A stretch of 32,000 nt of DNA. It comes from Methylophaga frappieri (GTDB lineage: Bacteria; Pseudomonadota; Gammaproteobacteria; Nitrosococcales; Methylophagaceae). Position numbers and translations under genes: made by a program. Location of the stretch: assembly GCF_000260965.1 (NCBI RefSeq), contig NC_017856.1, forward strand, positions 2,665,466-2,697,465, given 5' to 3'. Of this stretch, positions 19,683 to 28,367 are shown piece after piece. The notes beneath the pieces were generated by a model. That model was given only the letters and a program-made list of their open reading frames with translations. It was not told where the DNA came from and did not search any database. How positions within the stretch are numbered: position 1 is the first letter of the stretch; each line of letters begins with the position of its first letter.

Positions 19683-21077
19683 ATGAGCATATGGCAACCG
19701 CGAATCAACGCTCAGGCTCGGGTCAAATATGTCGGCATTGTTGAAGCGCTGGAATCAGATATCAAAAATCGTCAGGTTAAACCTGGAGATCGATTGCCGA
19801 CACAGCGTCAGATAGCCAATGTGCTCGGTGTAGATTTGACAACCGTTACTCGGGCGATGAAAGAGGCGGCCAGTAAAGGGCTCGTGGAAGCACAGATTGG
19901 CAATGGTACCTTTATTGCGCAAACGGCTTACAATCAATACAACGTCCTACACCTGACTGAAGGCAAGCATCTGGACTTGTCCATGAATAACCCGCCAAAT
20001 CCAGTAAATCTCAAACTAGAACTTGAAATTGCTGAGGCCTTAACACAACTTAGTGAAACAGGTGAACAACCTCTCAACCACCTCAGTTATCAGGAAACAG
20101 CAGGCCACCCGGATGACCGAGAAGCCGGTCGTGTTTGGTTATTCGACAAGCTCGGGCAGGAGAAAGCCGATGCCATTTTGGTCACAAGTGGCGCGCATAA
20201 TGCGATTTATTCCATTCTCAGTTATTTAAAGCGCTCGGGAATTAAATCAATAGCCGCGCCAGAACTTTGTTATCCGGGGCTGCGCGCAATTGCTGATCAG
20301 CTACAACTGGAAGTTTACAGTGTGGCAATGGATGGTGAGGGCGTGATTCCTGAGGCTTTGGAAAAAGTAATTAAGTATTATCGGGTTGGTGCGTTTTACG
20401 TTACGCCAAATTTTGATAATCCAACGTCAACAACACTGCCATCCGAGCGTCGAATCAAGATTGCGGATATTGCTCAAAAGTACCAGATTCAACTGATAGA
20501 AGATGATCCCTATTATGTTTTTCTGGATACACCTCTGCCAGCACTTTATACATTGGTGCCGCCGCAGACCTGGCATATCGCGACAGTATCCAAGTGTTTA
20601 TCGCCAGCCTTACGTGTCGCTTTTGTTGTAACGCCAAACGTGACAGAAGCATTGGCGTTAGCTGAAGAAACTCGCGTTAACAATATTATGTCTCCGCCGT
20701 TAATGAGTGCCGTTGTTGCCAGATGGATCCAAACGGGACGGATATTGCCGCTAATAGAAGCAATCAAATCGGAAAATAGTCAGCGGCAAGCATTAGCGTC
20801 ATCAATATTCAACCTGACAACCAAAAATGCCTCTGCTGCGCCACATATGTGGTTGCCATTGCCGCGTGGTATGACAGCGTTAAATTTTTCAGAGCAGGCA
20901 GGAAGACTTGGTGTTTCTGTCGTGCCATCAACAGCGTTTGTCAGCACCCGAAGCCAACGTCAAGGGGTGAGAATTTCATTAGGTGGTGCGCGAGATTACA
21001 CCTCACTTGAACAAGGTTTGCAGTTGCTATCAAATCTATACCTGAACAGAGAAAACAGGTCTAAGTCAATAATATAA
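19683..21077 (+). CDS. MocR-subfamily regulator (GntR wHTH fused to a fold-type I aminotransferase-like domain)
   Basis: N-terminal wHTH YVGIVEALESDIKNRQVKPGDRLPTQRQIANVLGVDLTTVTRAMKEA...GNGTFIA, then a linker. The roughly 350-aa aminotransferase-like domain has a PLP-lysine context TVSKCLSPALRVAF. A G-rich RBS (GGGGGAAGAGGG) lies upstream. Confidence 0.88.
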   Translation: MSIWQPRINAQARVKYVGIVEALESDIKNRQVKPGDRLPTQRQIANVLGVDLTTVTRAMKEAASKGLVEAQIGNGTFIAQTAYNQYNVLHLTEGKHLDLSMNNPPNPVNLKLELEIAEALTQLSETGEQPLNHLSYQETAGHPDDREAGRVWLFDKLGQEKADAILVTSGAHNAIYSILSYLKRSGIKSIAAPELCYPGLRAIADQLQLEVYSVAMDGEGVIPEALEKVIKYYRVGAFYVTPNFDNPTSTTLPSERRIKIADIAQKYQIQLIEDDPYYVFLDTPLPALYTLVPPQTWHIATVSKCLSPALRVAFVVTPNVTEALALAEETRVNNIMSPPLMSAVVARWIQTGRILPLIEAIKSENSQRQALASSIFNLTTKNASAAPHMWLPLPRGMTALNFSEQAGRLGVSVVPSTAFVSTRSQRQGVRISLGGARDYTSLEQGLQLLSNLYLNRENRSKSII

Positions 21078-21109
21078 ATAAAAAAATACAAAGTCAGTGA
21101 GAGTTTGTT

Positions 21110-22528
21110 ATGTCTAAACCAATTGATATTCCGGTCAGAGTTGAACTCTATGACCACTTGAATGAATGGGAAGTCAATACAGGTGAACAAGGAAAAGTTG
21201 TCCCCCGGCGGATGAAAGGTCGGTATCGCACGCTGAAAAATTACGGCATGTGTGTGTGGTTAATCTATTTTTTAATGCCCTATTTGCGTTGGGATAATCG
21301 ACAGGCCATTTTGTTTGATATTCCTGACCGGCAATTTCATATCTTTGCCGCCACTATTTACCCACAGGACATCTGGGTGTTGTCTTTAACGCTGTTGTTT
21401 TTTGCTATCTTACTCGCCGCAGCGACCAGTATCGCCGGCAGGGTGTTTTGTGGTTACTTTTGCTTTCAAACCGTCTGGACAGATGTGTTTACTTTTATCG
21501 AAGGAAAACTTGAGGGCAATACACCATTTAAACGCAGCCAGTTCACCGCGATGCCTTGGACAGTAATGAAACTGACCAGAAAAGTGGTCAAGCATGGTTT
21601 ATGGATTGGTATTTCATTGCTAACGGGGCTGACGTTCTCCGCCTGGTTTACCGATGCCTACCAATTATGGGGGGATGTCTTGCAATTACAAGCGGCCACA
21701 CCAGTCTGGGTGGCTTTAGCAATATTTACCTTCTTTACCTATTGGTTTGCGGGGTTCATGCGTGAGCAAGTGTGTTTTTGGCTTTGTCCCTATGCCCGAT
21801 TACAAGGTGTCATGTATGACCAGGACACGGTATTACCAGCATATGACGCAACTCGGGGGGAGCCGCGTGGCAAGTTTACCCGTCAAGCTACTGATAATAA
21901 AGGCGCTTGTATTGATTGTAAGCTTTGCGTTGCAGTTTGCCCGACGGGAATTGATATTCGTAAAGGACAGCAGGAGGGGTGTATAACCTGTGGGCTATGC
22001 ATTGATGCTTGCGATAGCATTATGGACAAAATTAATCAGCCGCGTGGTTTGATCCGCTATGCTTCTTATAAAGAGCTGCATCAAGGCAAAAAAACTATCT
22101 CGCTGTTCAAACGTCCGCGTGCATTGGTTTATGGATTTATCCTGTTGTTATCGGTATCTGGCGTAATTTATGGCTTTAGCAGTTTTTCTCCAACCGAGTT
22201 TACCGTCACGCAACAAAGAAAACCGCTCTATATTCGTATGAGTAATGGCGATATTCAAAACAAATACACATTGAAACTGTTGAATAAAACAGATGCTGTT
22301 TTGGAAATTCAATATCACGTTTCGGGTTTAGAAGAGGCCACGGTGATTGGTTTAGATAAAACCTTCAAAGTTGAACCGGGTAGGGTCATTCCGATTACTG
22401 CATTTGTCCGTTTGCCGGTGTACATGCAAGACGAGTCGAATCTGCATAAAATTGAGTTTGTGGCGACGGCAGTAAATAACCCTGAGATAACAGATACTTA
22501 TGAGAGTGTTTTTATCACGCCGCCATGA
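21110..22528 (+). CDS. ccoG: CcoG/FixG-family membrane 4Fe-4S ferredoxin (cytochrome oxidase accessory / cupric reductase family)
   Basis: RYRTLKNYGMCVWLIYFLMPYLRWDNRQAILFDIPDRQFHIF N-terminus and GRVFCGYFCFQTVWTD. Two ferredoxin motifs are present, CIDCKLCVAVCP and CITCGLCIDAC. There is a C-terminal TM segment plus an Ig-like FixG_C-type tail. Confidence 0.88.
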   Translation: MSKPIDIPVRVELYDHLNEWEVNTGEQGKVVPRRMKGRYRTLKNYGMCVWLIYFLMPYLRWDNRQAILFDIPDRQFHIFAATIYPQDIWVLSLTLLFFAILLAAATSIAGRVFCGYFCFQTVWTDVFTFIEGKLEGNTPFKRSQFTAMPWTVMKLTRKVVKHGLWIGISLLTGLTFSAWFTDAYQLWGDVLQLQAATPVWVALAIFTFFTYWFAGFMREQVCFWLCPYARLQGVMYDQDTVLPAYDATRGEPRGKFTRQATDNKGACIDCKLCVAVCPTGIDIRKGQQEGCITCGLCIDACDSIMDKINQPRGLIRYASYKELHQGKKTISLFKRPRALVYGFILLLSVSGVIYGFSSFSPTEFTVTQQRKPLYIRMSNGDIQNKYTLKLLNKTDAVLEIQYHVSGLEEATVIGLDKTFKVEPGRVIPITAFVRLPVYMQDESNLHKIEFVATAVNNPEITDTYESVFITPP

Positions 22529-23679
22529 TGAGTAAAAATGAAACCCTGCAGCAGCGTAAAAAGGTTATCGCAGGCGGTATCTGCTCATTAATCTTATCAG
22601 TGGGCATTGCGCGTTTTGCTTATACGCCATTTCTCCCTTTGATGATTGATGAGGCTGGTTTATCTAATGCAATGGGAGGGTGGCTGGCAACGGTAAACTA
22701 TCTTGGTTACTTATTTGGCGTCATTTTGATCTCGCTAATGCAAGAGTTGCAAAGTAAATACACGTTTTATCGACTGAATTTACTGATTGCCGTGATTAGC
22801 ACCAGCCTGATGGGGATCACAAGTGATCTCATGCTATGGAGTCTTTCTCGTTTTATTGCCGGGGTGTCGAGCACCGCAGGGATTATATTGGCCGCTGGGT
22901 TTGTGATGAACTGGCTTAAAGTGCATGGTTTTAAACCCCAGTTAGGCATGCACTTTTCTGGTCTTGGTTTAGGCATTGCCATCCCTGGCATATTGATTGT
23001 TTTCATCAACACCGATTTTAGCTGGGCGATGCAATGGCAAATCATGGCAATGTTTGGCCTGATTTTTCTTATACCGGCTTGGGTCTGGATGCCGAGGCCG
23101 CAGAAAATCAGTAGTGATAACGTGGTTTCAGCGCCAAGGGTTAATAAATCATGGCTTAGATTGATGATGCTGGCTTATTTCTGTGCTGGGGTCGGTTATG
23201 TGATTAGTGCCACCTTTATTGTGGCCATTCTTGAATCCATGCCGGCACTCATCGGGCGGGGCAACTTAATTTGGGTGATCCTGGGTATCACGGCGATTCC
23301 ATCGTGCCTGTTCTGGGATAAAGTTGCCAAGCAGACAAATGAAAAAACCGCGCTCATCGCTTCCTTTGCCACATTGCTGATTGCCATTCTCATTCCCGCT
23401 CAGTTTCAGAGCTTACAAGCGAATATTGTGGGCGCAATGTTGTTTGGTTTAACCTTTGCCGGTATTGTCAGTTTGATGTTGATGTACATTGGTAATCAAT
23501 TTCCGGCCAATCCAGCGAAAGCTATGGCAAAACTAACCATTAGTTATGGCGTAGCACAAATCAGCGCGCCTGCCATCGCAGGCTACATGGCAATGCACAC
23601 CGGTTCTTATGTCAGTGCCTTATGGATGGCGGCGGTTTGCATGCTGGTCGGGATTATCTGTTTAGTAAACATCAAATGA
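22525..23679 (+). CDS. YbfB/YjiJ-family MFS membrane protein
   Basis: 384 aa with about 12 hydrophobic segments. The N-terminal IARFAYTPFLPLM and WLATVNYLGYLFG are characteristic of the YbfB family. ATGA overlap with ccoG. Confidence 0.8.
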   Translation: MMSKNETLQQRKKVIAGGICSLILSVGIARFAYTPFLPLMIDEAGLSNAMGGWLATVNYLGYLFGVILISLMQELQSKYTFYRLNLLIAVISTSLMGITSDLMLWSLSRFIAGVSSTAGIILAAGFVMNWLKVHGFKPQLGMHFSGLGLGIAIPGILIVFINTDFSWAMQWQIMAMFGLIFLIPAWVWMPRPQKISSDNVVSAPRVNKSWLRLMMLAYFCAGVGYVISATFIVAILESMPALIGRGNLIWVILGITAIPSCLFWDKVAKQTNEKTALIASFATLLIAILIPAQFQSLQANIVGAMLFGLTFAGIVSLMLMYIGNQFPANPAKAMAKLTISYGVAQISAPAIAGYMAMHTGSYVSALWMAAVCMLVGIICLVNIK

Positions 23680-23689
23680 CGTCGTCATT
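23675..23689. repeat. 15-bp palindrome AATGACGTCGTCATT at the convergent MFS/acuI junction
   Basis: Read directly from the sequence. It contains the TGA stop of the MFS gene (23677-23679) and reaches into the acuI stop codon (complement of 23688-23690). Half-sites ATGACG/CGTCAT are identical to those at 19536-19547. Confidence 0.9.
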
Positions 23690-24674
23690 ATTCTTTCACC
23701 TTGACGACCAGCCGACCCTGAGATTGATTATTTAATAAGGCTTTTGCATGGTGTTTTACGTCAGCCAGGCGGATAGTTTTTGTCATCATCTCCAGCTTTT
23801 GCATATCGAGATCCCTTGCTAACCGTTGCCATGCCTGATTTCTCAAGGGTTGTGGACACAGGACACTGTCAATGCCAACAAGTGTGACACCACGTAAAAT
23901 AAAGGGCGCGACCGTCGATGGAAAATCCATCCCTCCGGCAAGGCCACAAGCAGCAACAACACCGCCGTATTGCGTAGAGGCGCAGGCATTGGCTAAAACA
24001 TGTGAACCAGCCACATCAATCACGCCGGCCCAATTCGCTTTTTGTAAGGGCTTACCCGGCACAGAAAATGTTGAGCGCGGCAAGACACGTTTTGCCCCAA
24101 GGTCGGTTAAGTATTCATACGCTTCTTCTGTTCGGCCTGACAGGGCGACCACATCATAACCAAGCTTGGCAAGAATCGTGATAGCAATACTGCCAACGCC
24201 ACCTGTAGCGCCCGTTACCAGAACGTCACCAGAGGCGGGGGTAACGCCGTGTTTTTCAAGCGCCATAATGCATAGCATGGCAGTAAAACCAGCTGTACCA
24301 ATCGCCATCGCTTGTTGCGCAGAAATTTGATCGGGCAGGGGAGTCAGCCAATCGCCTTTAACACGCGCTCTTTCGGCAAGGCCACCCCAGTGTGATTCAC
24401 CAACGCCCCAGCCATTCAATATAACCGCGTCACCAACAGCAATATTCGCCTGCTTTGATTCCAGAACTCGACCTGAAAAATCGATACCGGGCACCATCGG
24501 AAAGGATCGAACTACGGGGCCAGCACCTGTAATAGCGAGCGCATCCTTATAGTTAATCGTCGAATAATCGACTTCAACTAATATCTCCCCATCGGGTAAG
24601 GCATCATCATCTATTTGGCTAAACGTTGCCTGACTCTGATCTTGCGTCTTTTCAATTAACCAGCCATTGAACAT
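23688..24674 (-). CDS. acuI: YhdH/AcuI-family NADPH-dependent oxidoreductase (MDR superfamily, acrylyl-CoA reductase-like)
   Basis: Near-colinear resemblance to E. coli YhdH as I recall it: INYKDALAITG, MVPGIDFSG, GWGVGESHWGGLAERARVKGDWL, IGTAGFTAMLC, VTGATGGVGS, ACGLAGG and QGRLVVKV. Confidence 0.88.
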   Translation of the reverse strand: MFNGWLIEKTQDQSQATFSQIDDDALPDGEILVEVDYSTINYKDALAITGAGPVVRSFPMVPGIDFSGRVLESKQANIAVGDAVILNGWGVGESHWGGLAERARVKGDWLTPLPDQISAQQAMAIGTAGFTAMLCIMALEKHGVTPASGDVLVTGATGGVGSIAITILAKLGYDVVALSGRTEEAYEYLTDLGAKRVLPRSTFSVPGKPLQKANWAGVIDVAGSHVLANACASTQYGGVVAACGLAGGMDFPSTVAPFILRGVTLVGIDSVLCPQPLRNQAWQRLARDLDMQKLEMMTKTIRLADVKHHAKALLNNQSQGRLVVKVKE

Positions 24675-24684
24675 ATCATGCTCC

Positions 24685-25317
24685 TTAATCGATAAAATGC
24701 GTTATCTCTGTTTCTGGATCCTCATTTAGATTCAGGCTGTGTTTACCCTGAGCCTGTTTTGCTTTGAGATAGGCCAGATTACCCGGTTTGGTATGTGCTG
24801 AAGTGGGAATCGTTTTTTCAACGATGATGCCGTTTGCTTCAAGTTGTTCGCGTTTTACCGGGTTATTGGTGATTAATTGAACGCGATCAATATCAAGGGC
24901 TTTAAGCATCTCGGCTGCTTCTGAAAACTGACGTTGATCTTCAGCAAACCCTAAACGTACATTCGCTTCATAGGTATTCAGGCCACTATCCTGTAGCGCG
25001 TAAGCATCCAGCTTATTGTAGAGACCAATACCGCGACCTTCTTGGCGTAAATAGAGCAGAATGCCACCGGCGTTATCCAAAAGAGACAGGGATTCTTCCA
25101 ACTGTTCGCCACAATCGCACCGCGATGAATGGAAAATATCGCCTGTCAGGCATTCAGAATGAATTCGAATGATTGGCGACGTTACATCAGCAGATTTTCG
25201 AACAAACTTGATTGCAATATGTTCAAGACCTGACTCAAGACCAAAAAAAGAAATGATCTCAGCATCAACTTGTGCAGCGCCCACTTTTAAGGGAACAGAT
25301 TGTCTAATTTTGGCCAT
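24685..25317 (-). CDS. ribA: GTP cyclohydrolase II (monofunctional)
   Basis: Zn/GTP-site contexts RIHSECLTGDIFHSSRCDCGEQL, YLRQEGRGIGL and TNNPVK. A 10-nt gap to acuI suggests a ribA-acuI operon. Confidence 0.93.
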   Translation of the reverse strand: MAKIRQSVPLKVGAAQVDAEIISFFGLESGLEHIAIKFVRKSADVTSPIIRIHSECLTGDIFHSSRCDCGEQLEESLSLLDNAGGILLYLRQEGRGIGLYNKLDAYALQDSGLNTYEANVRLGFAEDQRQFSEAAEMLKALDIDRVQLITNNPVKREQLEANGIIVEKTIPTSAHTKPGNLAYLKAKQAQGKHSLNLNEDPETEITHFID

Positions 25318-25699
25318 GATATCAGCGTGGATTAAAGTTCGAGCTTCGAAAGTGGGGGCAAGACCAGAAAATTAAAGGGCTAATGCCGCATTTGTATCAC
25401 CGTAAAACGTCTAACCGCGAGTCAAATATCGCGTGACGATCGCTGCCTGGCAAGCTAACTTGATGCGGATAATGTTTTCCTGAGCATCTGAAGCAGTCAC
25501 ATTCGGTCTATAAGGCTTATTTATAGTATCCAGCAGATATTTGGCCAATCGGTGACGATTTAACAACGTCTGACAGCTAAGGGTAAACAACTATTCGAGC
25601 ACAGCAGAATGCGCAGTCGCGGGCATATCTGCGCTTGTCAGCCAGAGATCAATCGGGGAGAATCAATCCCTTTATTTTGTCAAATGGAAAAGTTATTAG

Positions 25700-27181
25700 A
25701 TGGTCACCGGTGAACTGAAAAGCCAAGTCGATAAAATATGGGAAACCTTCTGGACAGGGGGCATCAGTAATCCGCTGACTGTTATCGAACAGTTCACCTA
25801 TCTGCTGTTTCTACGCCGTCTGGATGAAACCCAGTTGCTGGAAGAAAAAAAAGCCAATATGACAGGCGGGCAGCTTAAAAACCCGCTCTATCAAAAACAG
25901 CATCAAGGCTTCCGCTGGCATAGTTTCCGGGAACTCGATCCGCAATCGATGTTTGCCTTGTTCACGCAGCCACAGGAAGAGGCCGACAACCTCACCGTGT
26001 TTGAGCATATGAAACAGGTGGGCAATCAGGCCGGGGTATTCGCGCAGTACATGAAAGGCGCAACCTTTATGATCCCGACGCCCAAGCTGCTGGATCAGGT
26101 CGTGCAGATGATCGACAAAATCCAGATGGACAATCGCGATACCAAAGGCGATTTATACGAATACCTGCTCTCAAAAATCGCCACCGCTGGCACCAACGGC
26201 CAGTTCCGTACCCCGCGTCATATCATCAAAATGATGGTGGAAATGATGGAGCCCAATCGCGAAGACACAATCTGTGACCCAGCCTGTGGCACCGCCGGAT
26301 TTCTGGTGGCGTCAGGTGAATATATTTACGATCACCATCCCGACTGGCTGCATGATCAGACTTTCCGTGAACACTTCAACAGCGAGATGTTTACCGGCAT
26401 TGAGTTTGATAGCACCATGCTGCGCATTGCCGCGATGAACCTGCAATTGCATGCCGTCGATAAACCCAATCTGATTGGTCTCGATGCGCTGGGCGAAAGC
26501 AATGCCAGCAGCCGTGAACAATTCAGTCTGATTCTGGCTAATCCCCCGTTCAAAGGTTCACTGGATTACGACGGCGTTGAGAAAACATTACTTAAAACCG
26601 TCAAAACCAAAAAGACCGAACTGCTGTTTATCGCCCTGATCTTACGCATGCTCAAAGTCGGTGGCCGCAGTGCGGTGATTATTCCCGATGGCGTGTTATT
26701 CGGCTCATCCAATGCCCATAAACAACTGCGGCAAACCCTGGTGGAAAAACAACGCCTGGAAGCGGTGATCTCGATGCCCAGTGGTGTGTTTAAACCCTAT
26801 GCCGGGGTCAGCACGGCAGTGGTGATTTTCACCAAAACCAATAACGGCGGCACCGATAATGTCTGGTTTTACGATATGCAGGCCGATGGTTATTCACTTG
26901 ACGATAAACGCGGCCCGGTTAAACACAACGATATTCCCGATATCATCCAGCGCTTTAAACTGCGTGATAAAGAAACAGAGCGAAAACGCACCGAACAAAG
27001 CTTTATGGTGCCGTTTGAAGAAATCAAACAAAACGACTGGGATTTAAGCATTAACCGCTATAAAGAAGTGGAATATGAGCAGGTGGAATATGACCCACCG
27101 ACCAAGATTATCGCTGAGATAGAGGAACTGGATAAAGAGCGTGGGCAGGCGTTGAAATTGCTCAAGGAGTTATTGGGTTGA
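25700..27181 (+). CDS. hsdM: Type I restriction-modification system, DNA methyltransferase subunit M
   Basis: HsdM_N-like N-terminus (KIWETFWTGGISNPLTVIEQFTYLLFLRRLDE), GQFRTPRHI, AdoMet motif I DPACGTAGFL and catalytic motif IV NPPF (ILANPPFKG). Confidence 0.95.
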   Translation: MVTGELKSQVDKIWETFWTGGISNPLTVIEQFTYLLFLRRLDETQLLEEKKANMTGGQLKNPLYQKQHQGFRWHSFRELDPQSMFALFTQPQEEADNLTVFEHMKQVGNQAGVFAQYMKGATFMIPTPKLLDQVVQMIDKIQMDNRDTKGDLYEYLLSKIATAGTNGQFRTPRHIIKMMVEMMEPNREDTICDPACGTAGFLVASGEYIYDHHPDWLHDQTFREHFNSEMFTGIEFDSTMLRIAAMNLQLHAVDKPNLIGLDALGESNASSREQFSLILANPPFKGSLDYDGVEKTLLKTVKTKKTELLFIALILRMLKVGGRSAVIIPDGVLFGSSNAHKQLRQTLVEKQRLEAVISMPSGVFKPYAGVSTAVVIFTKTNNGGTDNVWFYDMQADGYSLDDKRGPVKHNDIPDIIQRFKLRDKETERKRTEQSFMVPFEEIKQNDWDLSINRYKEVEYEQVEYDPPTKIIAEIEELDKERGQALKLLKELLG

Positions 27182-28338
27182 ATAATTGGGAAACAATCAG
27201 GCTCGGTGATGCGGCCAGATTCATCAATGGTTATGCATTTAAGCCAAAAGATTGGAAAACTGAAGGCTTAGAAATAATAAGAATTCAAAACCTAACTAAA
27301 AGTAATGGCTTAAGTAATTACTATGATGGTGAGCTAGACCCAAGATACAAGGTGATAAAAGGTGACTTTCTGATCTCATGGTCCGCTACCTTAGGAATTT
27401 TTGAGTGGCGAGGGAATGATGCTTGGTTAAATCAGCATATATTCAAGGTTGTTTTTGATAAAAAGGAGTTTGATAAAAGTTTTTTTAAACATCTAATCGC
27501 GATGTCATTAGATGCTATGGGTAGAGAAACTCATGGTTCAACAATGAAACATATTACCAAGCCTAGGTTCGATAACTTTCAAATTCCATATCCACCATTG
27601 GCAGAGCAAAAGCAGATTGCAGCGATTTTGGATGCAGCGGATAGCCTCAGACAAAAAGATCAGCAACTGGTCGAGCATTACACCGCACTCAGCCAATCCC
27701 TGTTTTTGGAGATGTTTGGTGATCCAGAGACTAATCCTATGAGGTGGGAGTGTCGAACGTTAAATGAACTAGTATCAAAACTAGGCGACGGTTTACACGG
27801 TACTCCAACTTATAGCGAAGAAGGTGAATACTACTTTATCAATGGTAACAATCTACAAAATGGTGTAATTCAAATAAATTCTCAGACTAAAAAAGTCTCC
27901 TCAGAAGAGTTCAATAAACACAAAAAAGAGCTTAACGAGTCGACAATGCTTGTATCAATAAACGGCACAATAGGGAAAGTTGCTTTCTATAGAGGTGAAA
28001 ATATCGTCCTTGGCAAAAGCGCTTGCTATTTCAACGTACAAGAAACATTGATAAATAAGATTTTTTTATATCGTTTGATAGAAAGTCCATATTTTATAAA
28101 GTATGCATCTGGACTGGCTACAGGAAGTACTATAAAAAATGTATCTCTCAAAACAATGAGAAACTTTCCTGTGCCAACACCTCCAAAAGAGCTCCAAAAC
28201 CAATTCGCCGAACGTATCGCCATTATCGAACAACAAAAACAACAAGCCCAAGCCAACCTAGAAAACTCCGAAGCTTTATTTAACAGCCTGTTACAACGGG
28301 CTTTTACTGGCGAATTAACGGCAGATAGGGCAGCATAG
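27178..28338 (+). CDS. hsdS: Type I restriction-modification system, specificity subunit S
   Basis: TTG start overlaps the hsdM stop (TTGA), with a strong AAGGAG 8 nt upstream. There are two TRDs. They are separated by the conserved helix PPLAEQKQIAAILDAADSLRQKDQQL and followed by PPKELQNQFAERIAIIEQQKQQAQANL...LLQRAFTGEL. Confidence 0.93.
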   Translation: MNNWETIRLGDAARFINGYAFKPKDWKTEGLEIIRIQNLTKSNGLSNYYDGELDPRYKVIKGDFLISWSATLGIFEWRGNDAWLNQHIFKVVFDKKEFDKSFFKHLIAMSLDAMGRETHGSTMKHITKPRFDNFQIPYPPLAEQKQIAAILDAADSLRQKDQQLVEHYTALSQSLFLEMFGDPETNPMRWECRTLNELVSKLGDGLHGTPTYSEEGEYYFINGNNLQNGVIQINSQTKKVSSEEFNKHKKELNESTMLVSINGTIGKVAFYRGENIVLGKSACYFNVQETLINKIFLYRLIESPYFIKYASGLATGSTIKNVSLKTMRNFPVPTPPKELQNQFAERIAIIEQQKQQAQANLENSEALFNSLLQRAFTGELTADRAA

Positions 28339-28367
28339 GCAGACGAGTTCACAACAGGGAATGTTTG

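Noticed and set aside
25318-25500. An FMN (RFN) riboswitch upstream of ribA on the minus strand.
   Set aside because: I reverse-complemented the region by hand and found none of the conserved RFN blocks (GGGCGGGGCGAAATTCCCCACCGGCGGT, AGCCCGCGAGC, GATCCGGTG...CCGACGGT). An Infernal scan would be decisive.
25542-25549. A shared 8-mer GGCCAATC on both flanks of the R-M cassette (25542 and 31860), considered as possible direct-repeat insertion scars.
   Set aside because: About one shared 8-mer is expected by chance between a 380-nt and a 180-nt segment, and the match does not extend.
25845-25852. An A8 homopolymer inside hsdM (encoding EEKKAN), considered as a possible phase-variation tract.
   Set aside because: It is short for slipped-strand switching. 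An equivalent A8 run occurs in clpX (about 1339-1346), so it is not specific to the R-M genes.
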